Shown here piece after piece: positions 43,683 through 51,937 of a DNA stretch of 64,000 bases. Position numbers and translations under genes: made by a program. The DNA is taken from positions 2,880,001 through 2,944,000 of the forward strand of contig OZ241889.1 in NCBI GenBank assembly GCA_965203355.1, written 5' to 3'. Source of the stretch: Candidatus Latescibacterota bacterium (lineage in GTDB: Bacteria > Latescibacterota > UBA2968 > UBA8231). The notes beneath the pieces were generated by a model that saw nothing but the letters and a program-made list of their open reading frames with translations, was not told the DNA's origin and searched no databases. Each line of letters starts with the position of its first letter. Position 1 is the first letter of the stretch.

Positions 43683-45350
43683 ATGAGCCACGCAATCAGC
43701 GCCAACGGCGAGCCGAGAAACTATCTCAACGAAACGTATGGGATCAAATCTTGGCTCCTGACCCTAGACCACAAGCGCATCGGTATCCTCTATCTGATAA
43801 CGATGGCGATCTTCTTCTTGGTCGGCAGCGTGTTTGCCAGCCTCATTCGACTTGAACTGATGACGCCCAAAGGCGATTTGATCGAAGCCGAGACCTACAA
43901 CAAGCTCTTCACCATGCACGGCGTGGTGATGATCTTTTTCTTTCTCATCCCCTCCATTCCGGCCGCGCTGGGCAACTTTCTCATTCCCCTGCAGATCGGC
44001 GCGCGGGACGTGGCTTTCCCCCGCCTGAATCTCCTCAGCTACTATCTCTACACGGCTGGGGGGCTGTTCGCCGTGCTGGCTATTATCATGGGAGGCATTG
44101 ACACGGGCTGGACCTTTTACACGCCGTACAGCAGCACCTATGCCACCTCGTTTGTCTCTTTGGCGCTAGTCGGCGTTTTTATTAATGGCTTCTCTTCGAT
44201 CCTCACCGGGGTCAACTTCATGGTCACTATCCACAAGATGCGCGCCCCGGGTATGACGTGGTTCCGCTTGCCACTTTTTATCTGGGGGCACTACGCGACC
44301 AGCCTGATTCAGGTACTAGGCACCCCGGTGGTGGCCATCACCTTGCTGCTGGTCTGCTTCGAGCGCGTCTTCAGGATCGGTATTTTCGACCCCAATTACG
44401 GCGGTGATCCAGTACTTTTCCAGCACATGTTCTGGTTTTACTCGCATCCAGCCGTGTACATCATGATCCTGCCGGGCTTTGCCGTCATCAGCGAAGTCGT
44501 AGCTTGCTTCTCGCGCCAGCGCGTCTTCGGCTATTCCTTTGTGGCCTTTTCCTCAATGGCCATCGCCGTGCTTGGCTTTCTCGTCTGGGGACATCACATG
44601 TTCGTAGCAGGCCAATCGACCTACGCCAGCATGGTCTTTTCCTTCATCACCTTCTTCATCGCTGTCCCCACGGCCATCAAGATTTTCAACTGGTCTTTCA
44701 CCCTCCACAAAGCCTCGGTCAAGCTAGACTCGCCCATGCTCTACGTGATGGGCTTTATCGGCCTGTTCACTATCGGCGGGTTGACCGGCCTGTTCCTCTC
44801 CACCTTGGGCATGGACGTCCATCTCCACGATACCTACTTCGTGGTCGCTCACTTTCACTATGTCATGGTGGGTGGCATGGTCATGGCGTTCCTCTGCGGC
44901 CTGCATTTTTGGTGGCCCAAAATAACCGGACGCATGTATTCGGAAGGGGCGGCCAAGCTCGGCGTCATGTTCGTCTTCGCTGGATTTAACTTGACCTTCT
45001 TTCCCCAATTTATCTTGGGCTACTTGGGAATGCCTCGGCGCTATCACGCCTATCCCGAGGAATGGCAAGCCCTCAACATCATGTCCACCGCGGGTGCCAC
45101 CGTCCTCGGGCTGGGCTTCTCGCTGACCATCGTATATTTCCTCTGGTCCCTGTTCAAGGGCCAGAAGGCTACTGCCAATCCGTTCCACGCCAAGGGCCTC
45201 GAATGGGATATTCCCTCGCCGCCCACCGCCCACAACTTTGAAGCCATCCCGATAGTTACCTGGGAAGCCTACCCCTACGGCGAGGAGGAACCCGCGGCAC
45301 CGAGTACCGAGGCCGTACCTGAACGCGCTAAGGAGGATGAAGTTGTCTGA
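43683..45350 (+). CDS. coxA: Cytochrome c oxidase subunit I, type A2
   Basis: [16 protein letters not shown] (YS motif of type A2), WGHHM, AHFHY, GMPRRY. Confidence 0.96.
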   Translation: MSHAISANGEPRNYLNETYGIKSWLLTLDHKRIGILYLITMAIFFLVGSVFASLIRLELMTPKGDLIEAETYNKLFTMHGVVMIFFFLIPSIPAALGNFLIPLQIGARDVAFPRLNLLSYYLYTAGGLFAVLAIIMGGIDTGWTFYTPYSSTYATSFVSLALVGVFINGFSSILTGVNFMVTIHKMRAPGMTWFRLPLFIWGHYATSLIQVLGTPVVAITLLLVCFERVFRIGIFDPNYGGDPVLFQHMFWFYSHPAVYIMILPGFAVISEVVACFSRQRVFGYSFVAFSSMAIAVLGFLVWGHHMFVAGQSTYASMVFSFITFFIAVPTAIKIFNWSFTLHKASVKLDSPMLYVMGFIGLFTIGGLTGLFLSTLGMDVHLHDTYFVVAHFHYVMVGGMVMAFLCGLHFWWPKITGRMYSEGAAKLGVMFVFAGFNLTFFPQFILGYLGMPRRYHAYPEEWQALNIMSTAGATVLGLGFSLTIVYFLWSLFKGQKATANPFHAKGLEWDIPSPPTAHNFEAIPIVTWEAYPYGEEEPAAPSTEAVPERAKEDEVV

Positions 45351-46011
45351 GCACGCACATAGCGCCCACCACCTACACCAATTCGAGACAGCGCAGCAGC
45401 AGTACGAAGCCGCTAGTCTCGGCATGTGGGCATTCATCATCCAAGAAATCCTGTTCTTCGGGGGGCTTTTTGGTGCCTACACCGTATATCGCTACACCTA
45501 TATCGAAGCCTTTACCGCTGGCTCCCATCAGCTCGACATCTACTGGGGCACATTCAACACCATCGTGCTGATCGCCAGTAGCCTAACCATGGCGCTAGCC
45601 GTTCGCGCCGCACAGACGAACGCCGGTCGCAACGCGATTACAGGATGGCTCGTCGCAACGATAGTTCTCGGCTGTGCCTTTTTAGGCGTCAAGTACATCG
45701 AGTACAGCCACAAATGGCACGAACACCTCATTCCCGGCAGCATGTTCCAGTGGAACGACCCGGCCTTCCCCGCTGTCTCGCTTGGCAACGCCAAAATTTT
45801 CTTCTCGTTTTACTTCGTGATGACTGGAATGCACGCGCTGCACATGATCGTCGGCGTCGGCATCATGCTGTGGATGATCGCCAAAGTCCGGCGCAACGAG
45901 ATTTCGGCTCAGTACTTTACGCCGATTGAAATCAGTGGCCTTTATTGGCACTTCGTCGATATCGTGTGGATTTTCCTCTTCCCGCTGCTTTATCTGATTG
46001 GACGCCACTAA
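45337..46011 (+). CDS. coxC: Cytochrome c oxidase subunit III
   Basis: [35 protein letters not shown]. Confidence 0.95.
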   Translation: MKLSEHAHSAHHLHQFETAQQQYEAASLGMWAFIIQEILFFGGLFGAYTVYRYTYIEAFTAGSHQLDIYWGTFNTIVLIASSLTMALAVRAAQTNAGRNAITGWLVATIVLGCAFLGVKYIEYSHKWHEHLIPGSMFQWNDPAFPAVSLGNAKIFFSFYFVMTGMHALHMIVGVGIMLWMIAKVRRNEISAQYFTPIEISGLYWHFVDIVWIFLFPLLYLIGRH

Positions 46012-46352
46012 TGTCTGAACATCACTCTGAACATCACGTCGTCCCGCTCAGGATCTACTTTCTGATCTTCTTCGCCCTGATGATCGGCACCATTATCACG
46101 GTGGCAGCGGCCTTCGTCAACCTGGGCTTTTTGAATACGCCGGTCGCCCTAATCATCGCGCTAGTAAAGGCATCGCTGGTCATTTTGTTCTTCATGCACG
46201 TGAAGTACAGCCCCAAGCTGGTTGGGCTTTTCGCGGTCGCGGGCTTCTTCTGGCTGTGCATCCTATTGGTCTTGACCATGCAGGACTACTACACGCGCGG
46301 CTGGGGCGAGGAAGCACCGGTAGAGTTTCTCAAGCAAGGGTCGTTTTTCTGA
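46011..46352 (+). CDS. coxD: Cytochrome c oxidase subunit IV family protein
   Basis: KASLVILFFMHVKY; TAATG overlap with the coxC stop. Confidence 0.9.
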   Translation: MSEHHSEHHVVPLRIYFLIFFALMIGTIITVAAAFVNLGFLNTPVALIIALVKASLVILFFMHVKYSPKLVGLFAVAGFFWLCILLVLTMQDYYTRGWGEEAPVEFLKQGSFF

Positions 46353-46401
46353 GAGCCTTTAGACGCTCCTCAGTTGATCATTATTCGAAAGCGAGACGCA
46401 T

Positions 46402-47082
46402 ATGGAAAAGCCGCGACAACAGTCATCGCCTGACCGTAAGAATACCCCCCGAGAGACCCACCAGCGAGCGGCTATCTTCGCCAAAAACTTACTTCTAACT
46501 GTACTGGCATTTTCAACACTGTTTCTTTCCTATTGCGGATCTCCAGCACAAGACGACCGATTGGCAGTGGTGAAAATCGACAAGCGGTGGGGATTCATTG
46601 ACCCGAAAGGAACCTTCGTCATTAACCCACAATTTGACGACGCTGGGTCCTTTTCAGAAGGCTTGGCAGTGGTGAAAATCGGCAAGCGGTGGGGATTCAT
46701 TGACCCGAAGGGAACCCTCGTCATTAACCCACAATTTGACTCCGCTGGGTCCTTTTCAGAAGGCTTGGCAGTGGTGAAAATCGGCAAGCGGTGGGGATTC
46801 ATTGACCCGAAGGGAACCCTCGTCATTAACCCACAATTTGACTCCGCTGGGTCCTTTTCAGAAGGCTTGGCAGTGGTGAAAATCGGCAAGCGGTGGGGAT
46901 TCATTGACCCGAAGGGAACCCTCGTCATTAACCCACAATTTGACTCCGCTTGGTCCTTTTCAGAAGGCTTGGCAGATGTGAAAATCGACGGGCGGTGGGG
47001 ATTCATTGATCCGAAGGGAACCCTCGTCATTAACCCACAATTTGACTCCGCTAAGTCCTTTGAATTAATTGGCCACCACTAA
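46402..47082 (+). CDS. WG-repeat (KWG-type) lipoprotein
   Basis: FLSYC lipobox-like; five 34-aa repeats LAVVKIGKRWGFIDPKGTLVINPQFDSAGSFSEG. Confidence 0.88.
   Translation: MEKPRQQSSPDRKNTPRETHQRAAIFAKNLLLTVLAFSTLFLSYCGSPAQDDRLAVVKIDKRWGFIDPKGTFVINPQFDDAGSFSEGLAVVKIGKRWGFIDPKGTLVINPQFDSAGSFSEGLAVVKIGKRWGFIDPKGTLVINPQFDSAGSFSEGLAVVKIGKRWGFIDPKGTLVINPQFDSAWSFSEGLADVKIDGRWGFIDPKGTLVINPQFDSAKSFELIGHH
46561..47061 (+). repeat. Near-identical 102-bp tandem repeat, about 4.9 copies
   Basis: Units start at 46561, 46663, 46765, 46867 and 46969; the internal copies are almost identical. Confidence 0.93.
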
Positions 47083-47155
47083 GAAGCGGCCTGAAAATTT
47101 TTGACATAAAGCCTACACCAGAAAACGCCCATCGCATGATGCGAACGCTATACAT
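47051..47155 (-). pseudogene. Probable RelE/ParE toxin 5' remnant
   Basis: ATG overlaps the antitoxin-like gene end by 8 nt and reads MYSVRIMR (RelE-like start). It then runs into unrelated sequence and the antisense of the WG gene. Confidence 0.4.
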
Positions 47156-47369
47156 CCGCGCTATTTGCTTGCAATTCTACTCTAGCCTGCTCCCATGGGA
47201 TGGATTCTTCTGCCGCGGCGCGTAAATGGCCAATTTCCTCTGAGTCTTCAAGGTCCTCCAGCAAATTCAACAGATATTCCCAAGCCGCATAGTCGATCAG
47301 CACTGATTGCTTCTCGCCATTAGAATCCACGACAAACCGAGATTTTTGAATCAGCTCAGCGACGCCCAT
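47148..47369 (-). CDS. Small acidic antitoxin-like protein
   Basis: FVVDSNGEKQSVLIDY…LLEDLED…IPWEQAR, the pattern of RelE-associated antitoxins; GGAAGGA RBS. Confidence 0.65.
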   Translation of the reverse strand: MGVAELIQKSRFVVDSNGEKQSVLIDYAAWEYLLNLLEDLEDSEEIGHLRAAAEESIPWEQARVELQANSADV

Positions 47370-47413
47370 TTTGTTTCCTTCCTGTACATGTAAATCTCCG
47401 TCCTAAACAAACC

Positions 47414-47776
47414 TCAAGCAATGTCGCGGACGAGCACTAAGATCGCCGCCTGCGGCACGACGATGAACTTCTCGTCGTCGAACTTGATTTCCACCGCGTC
47501 CTTGCGCAGGAAAATGGCATGATCGCCTTTTTGGGCCTGGAGGCCGATATAGCGCATCTGCTCGCCCCCCTCTTCCCAAGGCGCGTCGTCGTCATCGGCT
47601 TTCGGCGGCAAAGCAACGCCCGGCCCCACTTCTTCAATGCGCCCGCTTTGCACGTTTTCTTTTTCCAAGGCGGTCGGCGGCAAGTAAAGCCCCACGGCCG
47701 TGCGCTCTTCCATGTCGTCAACTCGGATTAGCACGCGGTCGCCGACTACGTGCAGTTCCTTGTCTCCCCTAATCAT
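47414..47776 (-). CDS. Co-chaperonin GroES/Cpn10-family protein (stand-alone)
   Basis: VVGDRVLI, T.VGLYLP, SGRIEEVGPG; AGGAGG RBS; no groEL adjacent. Confidence 0.85.
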   Translation of the reverse strand: MIRGDKELHVVGDRVLIRVDDMEERTAVGLYLPPTALEKENVQSGRIEEVGPGVALPPKADDDDAPWEEGGEQMRYIGLQAQKGDHAIFLRKDAVEIKFDDEKFIVVPQAAILVLVRDIA

Positions 47777-47790
47777 CTGCTCCTCCTGCG

Positions 47791-49005
47791 TTAAGACGCC
47801 AAACGCAAACACTCGCTGTAGCGCTCAAAGCGTTCACTTTCCTCCTCTGCTGGATCGACGTACTTGAGCCAAAGAGCGCTGTCCTTCTTATCGCCGCTGA
47901 GTTTGCGGCGGCTACCGAGGTTGCTCGGATCCATGCCGCTCCACACCACTTGGCCGTCCTGCATATAAATGAACTGCCCTCGGTAGCGGTCGATGATCTG
48001 CCGCTGTTCGTCTTGGTAGATCAGCCCTTGCTCGCAGGTAGTGCGCCGCCAATTGGCCACCGTGGCGTCTGAGTCCGTAGATACCGAATCAAATTCGGCC
48101 AGCGGAGCCTCGACCTCGCTCGCAAAGTCGATCTCGTTCAAATCCACCGTGCCAAAGCCGCGATCCGCCGCGATCCGCAGGTGATTGCGGTCGCGGCGGA
48201 AGGGCGGTGTTGGCCAATCCGAGTGGGGATCGTGGCCCATCAAGGTCATGCCGCAGGCATCGGTCGCCACCGGATGATCGCCGGCCATCAAAGCGTTGCA
48301 GATCCGGCCCTCGCCGCCCCATTCGCGGCCCCATTGGCCGGTGAGGGCCTCGACGATGTTGAGGCAAGGTTTGGTAATCATGCCCAAGTCCGGCAGGACG
48401 TAGGAAAGCCGGATGAGATGGTGGTAATACGACCGCGTCCGCCCTTCCGGTGGGATCATCGGCGGCAGGCCAAAGAGGTTTTTCAGGGTCAAGGTAATGC
48501 CCATAAAGGCGTGATTCTTCATCTTGGCGATGGATACCACCTCGTCGGCCTCGGCAAAGATGGCATTGAGCCGATAGCGGTCGAACATGCAGCCGCCACC
48601 GGGCACGTCGTACGTGGCAAAAGGCGGCAAATTCGAGTCCACATAGCGGACGCCAAAATCGTCCAGAATATAGCGATAGTTAAAGTCGTCGGGCGTTACA
48701 TAGCCGTTGCCGTAAGGATAGGTGTCGGTGGCGATCAACTCGGCGGTAGTCCGCTCCCGCAGCAGGCGCAGCACCGCGCGGGCCACGGCATCATCTACCA
48801 ACTCCCGGCGGCGGCCAGCGAAGTACTCGATGCGCTCCGGCGGTTTGATCATATTGAATTTTAATACGATCCGCCGCGCCTTTTCCAACTTCTTCCAAGA
48901 GTGCGCTAGCGGATCGGTAGTCCGTTTGAGGGCCTCGTATATTTCTTCCTCGCTCGCCCGATGATCGCAGTGCGAAGCCCTAACTGTGTATTGTCTATTG
49001 GCCAT
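47791..49005 (-). CDS. DUF362 domain protein
   Basis: IVLKFN, KMKNH, ITLTLKNLFG, DHPVATDA. Confidence 0.8.
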   Translation of the reverse strand: MANRQYTVRASHCDHRASEEEIYEALKRTTDPLAHSWKKLEKARRIVLKFNMIKPPERIEYFAGRRRELVDDAVARAVLRLLRERTTAELIATDTYPYGNGYVTPDDFNYRYILDDFGVRYVDSNLPPFATYDVPGGGCMFDRYRLNAIFAEADEVVSIAKMKNHAFMGITLTLKNLFGLPPMIPPEGRTRSYYHHLIRLSYVLPDLGMITKPCLNIVEALTGQWGREWGGEGRICNALMAGDHPVATDACGMTLMGHDPHSDWPTPPFRRDRNHLRIAADRGFGTVDLNEIDFASEVEAPLAEFDSVSTDSDATVANWRRTTCEQGLIYQDEQRQIIDRYRGQFIYMQDGQVVWSGMDPSNLGSRRKLSGDKKDSALWLKYVDPAEEESERFERYSECLRLAS

Positions 49006-49038
49006 GATGGTTTTCCCTTCCTGTTAAGTGGTTGTGAT

Positions 49039-50358
49039 TTACGGCTCGCCGAGGATGCCCACGGTCTGTTCGAGCCGCATGAGGGCCAGCGCCTTGTCGC
49101 GACGCGCCACAGCACTTTGGGTGCGCGCCTCCACTAGGGCCAACTGCGCGTCCATATTTTCCAGTTGGGTGCCGACCCCGCTCGCATAGCGCGACTCGGC
49201 GACTTCCAGCCCCTTCTCGGCCTGCAATACTGCATTTTGGTGGGCTTCAATCCGCTGGCTGGCTTCCTCGACCGCATAATAGGCCTGCTGGACTTGCAGC
49301 CGCACTTCACGCGCGATCCGCTGCCGGTCGTACTCTATCCGGCGCAAATCCTGCCGTGCCTGCGCCACGCGCGCCCCGGTGAGCCGCCCGTCGAAAAGCG
49401 GCATTTGCACTACCAGCCCCGTGTTCCAACTCTTGCGCCACGCCCGATCGGCTAGGTCGAATTCGTCGCTCTGGAACTGGGTTTGCCCGGTAGCTACCAG
49501 TTCCACACTAGGCCGGGAGGACGCTTGATCCGCGGCGATCTTTCGCTCGTGCCATCCTATTTCCTGCTCGACGTGTGCCAGCTCTGGCCGCTTCGATAGT
49601 CCCAAGGCGACGAGGGCATCCAGATCGTCGAGAGCGAGTGTCGTCTCAGTGCGAAACGTTCCCCGCACTTCTATGGCTTGGTCTAAGTCTAGACCCACGA
49701 CATTCTTGAGGGCCATGGTGGCCAGCCGCAGGTTGTTTTCGGCGCGGATGGAATCGGCCCGCATGTTTGAAACCTGTACCTGAGCACGCAACTGGTCCAG
49801 TTCAGCGGCCCGACCCGCCTGTGCCTGTGCCTCCACTTGGGACAAATTGTATCTAGCCCACGCCAGCGCCAAGTGCGACACGGTGTGCAACTCTTCTGCT
49901 AGGAGCAGGTCGTAGAATCGCTCCTCGACCTCGGCTAGCACGAGTTGAGTTGTCTGCCGCTCAGTTTCGCCGAGCATGGCAAATTGGCGGCGAGCCATGT
50001 CCTCCGTAGCGCGAATGCGGCCGCCAGCATAGAGCGGCTGGCGCACACGTACGACGCCCGTGAGGTTGTTTTCCGCGCCGATCCGGACGGCATTGCCAGC
50101 AAAAACAAAAGAAGGCAACAGCCAGTTGCGACTATACGTGAAGGAGGCGTCAACCTGCGGCAAACCTGCCGCGCGTGCTGCGCGTAGTTCCTCCCGCCCG
50201 CGCAGCCGGTCAAGGCGGACTTGCAACAGGTGCTCGTTGTTTTCTTGCACTAGGGCCAAACCCGTTTGTAAGTCGAGAATTAGCGGCTCGGCCTCTGCTC
50301 GGGCGGGACGACTGGAGGCCGCGCACAAGACCACCAAACAAAACACCCCCCTCAACAT
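49039..50358 (-). CDS. TolC family outer membrane efflux protein
   Basis: QPLYAGGR, RPEL, MPLFDG, RYASGVGTQLE. Confidence 0.88.
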   Translation of the reverse strand: MLRGVFCLVVLCAASSRPARAEAEPLILDLQTGLALVQENNEHLLQVRLDRLRGREELRAARAAGLPQVDASFTYSRNWLLPSFVFAGNAVRIGAENNLTGVVRVRQPLYAGGRIRATEDMARRQFAMLGETERQTTQLVLAEVEERFYDLLLAEELHTVSHLALAWARYNLSQVEAQAQAGRAAELDQLRAQVQVSNMRADSIRAENNLRLATMALKNVVGLDLDQAIEVRGTFRTETTLALDDLDALVALGLSKRPELAHVEQEIGWHERKIAADQASSRPSVELVATGQTQFQSDEFDLADRAWRKSWNTGLVVQMPLFDGRLTGARVAQARQDLRRIEYDRQRIAREVRLQVQQAYYAVEEASQRIEAHQNAVLQAEKGLEVAESRYASGVGTQLENMDAQLALVEARTQSAVARRDKALALMRLEQTVGILGEP

Positions 50359-50612
50359 AGTAAGCCGCGTTGCCGCAACCACGCCTCGACCTCGGTTCCT
50401 CCCACATCGGCCAGCATGACGCCATCAATTTCAACGCAGGGCGAGGCATACTGTCGGCTTTTGGCGACCATTTCCGCCAAGGCTTTGCGGTCGCTGGTAA
50501 TATCTAGTTCCTCGTATGGTAACCCGGCTCTATCGAGTACCGACCGCACGCCCGGGCTCCAAGGGCAATACGGATTGAGATACGCTTTAATCACAGGAGT
50601 AGTCTGTTCCAC
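50352..50612 (-). CDS. Glutaredoxin-like protein (CPWS)
   Basis: YCPWS, EMVAKSRQ…PCVEIDG…DVGG; GTG start 50612 inferred. Confidence 0.8.
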   Translation of the reverse strand: MEQTTPVIKAYLNPYCPWSPGVRSVLDRAGLPYEELDITSDRKALAEMVAKSRQYASPCVEIDGVMLADVGGTEVEAWLRQRGLLC

Positions 50613-50701
50613 TTTGGCCTTTCCGCTGTACGGGGGACGCGATATATTGAGAAAAACATATCGCCCGCCTCTCATCCCTGTCAAGGAAGAGACCTCGATT
50701 T

Positions 50702-51529
50702 ATGAGACCGCTGATCCTATTCCACGGAGGCTGCAACGACGGCTTCTGTGCCGCGTGGATCTACCGCCGTTACGTCAACCCGCAAGCCGATTTTAAGGCG
50801 GTTCAATACAACACCGACCCACCGCCGACAACCGACCGCGACGTCGTCATCCTCGATTTTAGCTATGAACGGACGCAGCTCATAGAGATGCACGAACACG
50901 CCCGCTCGCTCTTGGTTTTGGACCATCACGAGACAGCCGCAGACGCCTTAGCCGGGCTCGATTACTGCGTATTCGCCCAGGACAAGTCTGGAGCACGCAT
51001 GACTTGGGAATACTTTTTCGATCCCCGCTCTCAGGTCAGTGTTGACGACGTCCCCTGGCTAGTCTCCTATACTGAAGACCGCGACCTGTGGCGGTGGGCC
51101 TTGGCCGATTCCAAGGCCGTCAACGCCGCCCTCGCCTCGTACCCGCGCGACTTTGCTGTGTGGGACAAAATCGCCGAGCGCGGGCCCCAAGCCCTCGTCG
51201 AAGAAGGCCAAGCCATTCTCCGCTTCCAACACCGGCTCATCCGGCCGCGCGTTCGGCATCACGGCTGGACCACCATCAGTGGGTTTCGCGTCCCCATTAC
51301 CAATGCCACGTTCCTGACCTCTGAAATCGGCAATGCCCTCGCCGAAGGGCATCCTTTTTCCGCGGTATTCTTCGTGCGCCCCGACAGCAAGGTCGTGTAC
51401 AACCTGCGTTCCAAGGGAGAAGCTGCCGCGGATGTGGGCCGCATCGCGCGCAATTACGGCGGTGGCGGGCACAAGCACGCCGCGGCTTTTACTTTGGAGA
51501 CCATGCTGCCGATGGAAGCGGGGACGTAA
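50702..51529 (+). CDS. DHH/DHHA1 family phosphoesterase
   Basis: H..C.DG, ILDFS, LDHH, EDRDLWRW, GGGGHKHAA. Confidence 0.88.
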   Translation: MRPLILFHGGCNDGFCAAWIYRRYVNPQADFKAVQYNTDPPPTTDRDVVILDFSYERTQLIEMHEHARSLLVLDHHETAADALAGLDYCVFAQDKSGARMTWEYFFDPRSQVSVDDVPWLVSYTEDRDLWRWALADSKAVNAALASYPRDFAVWDKIAERGPQALVEEGQAILRFQHRLIRPRVRHHGWTTISGFRVPITNATFLTSEIGNALAEGHPFSAVFFVRPDSKVVYNLRSKGEAAADVGRIARNYGGGGHKHAAAFTLETMLPMEAGT

Positions 51530-51656
51530 ATGCCCCCGAGCAGTGCTATCATTTGCACCTTCCCGACGAGTCGTGCGAACGGCCATTGATCGCCATATGG
51601 CCACGCCCGCCGACCATTTTCCCACCAACGATGGCAGGGCCTGCGCCACCTCACGC

Positions 51657-51696
51657 AAAACAGGCACCTGCGATAGGTCGCAAGTGCCTGTTTTTT
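51657..51696. terminator. Bidirectional Rho-independent terminator between the DHH gene and tRNA-Lys
   Basis: AAAACAGGCAC-ctgcgataggtcgcaa-GTGCCTGTTTTTTT. Confidence 0.8.
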
Positions 51697-51771
51697 GGTG
51701 AGCCCACTGGGAATCGAACCCAGGACCTACGGATTAAAAGTCCGGTGCTCTACCAGCTGAGCTATAGGCTC
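51696..51771 (-). tRNA. tRNA-Lys(TTT)
   Basis: GAGCCTATAGCTCAGCTGGTAGAGC, loop CTTTTAA, GGTTCGATTCC, encoded CCA. Confidence 0.95.
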
Positions 51772-51937
51772 TATGGGTGCTGTATCTAATTCAAAATAAT
51801 TGGTTTGCGTATCCCTCGCAAGACTTCCTGCTCCTAACTTCCCACTGCATGGTTCTTGATTTAGTGGGTGCTATTATCTAAAGTATCCCTGCGCTAGTCA
51901 TAAATCATCAGGAATGCTTTTCCTAGCAGGTTGAGTA

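Noticed and set aside
46530-47061. 102-bp array as CRISPR, or the antisense ORF as a gene
   Set aside because: No unique spacers; the period is 34 codons of a WG repeat.
50352-50612. Selenocysteine in the glutaredoxin active site
   Set aside because: Codons read TGC CCT TGG AGC (CPWS); no in-frame TGA.
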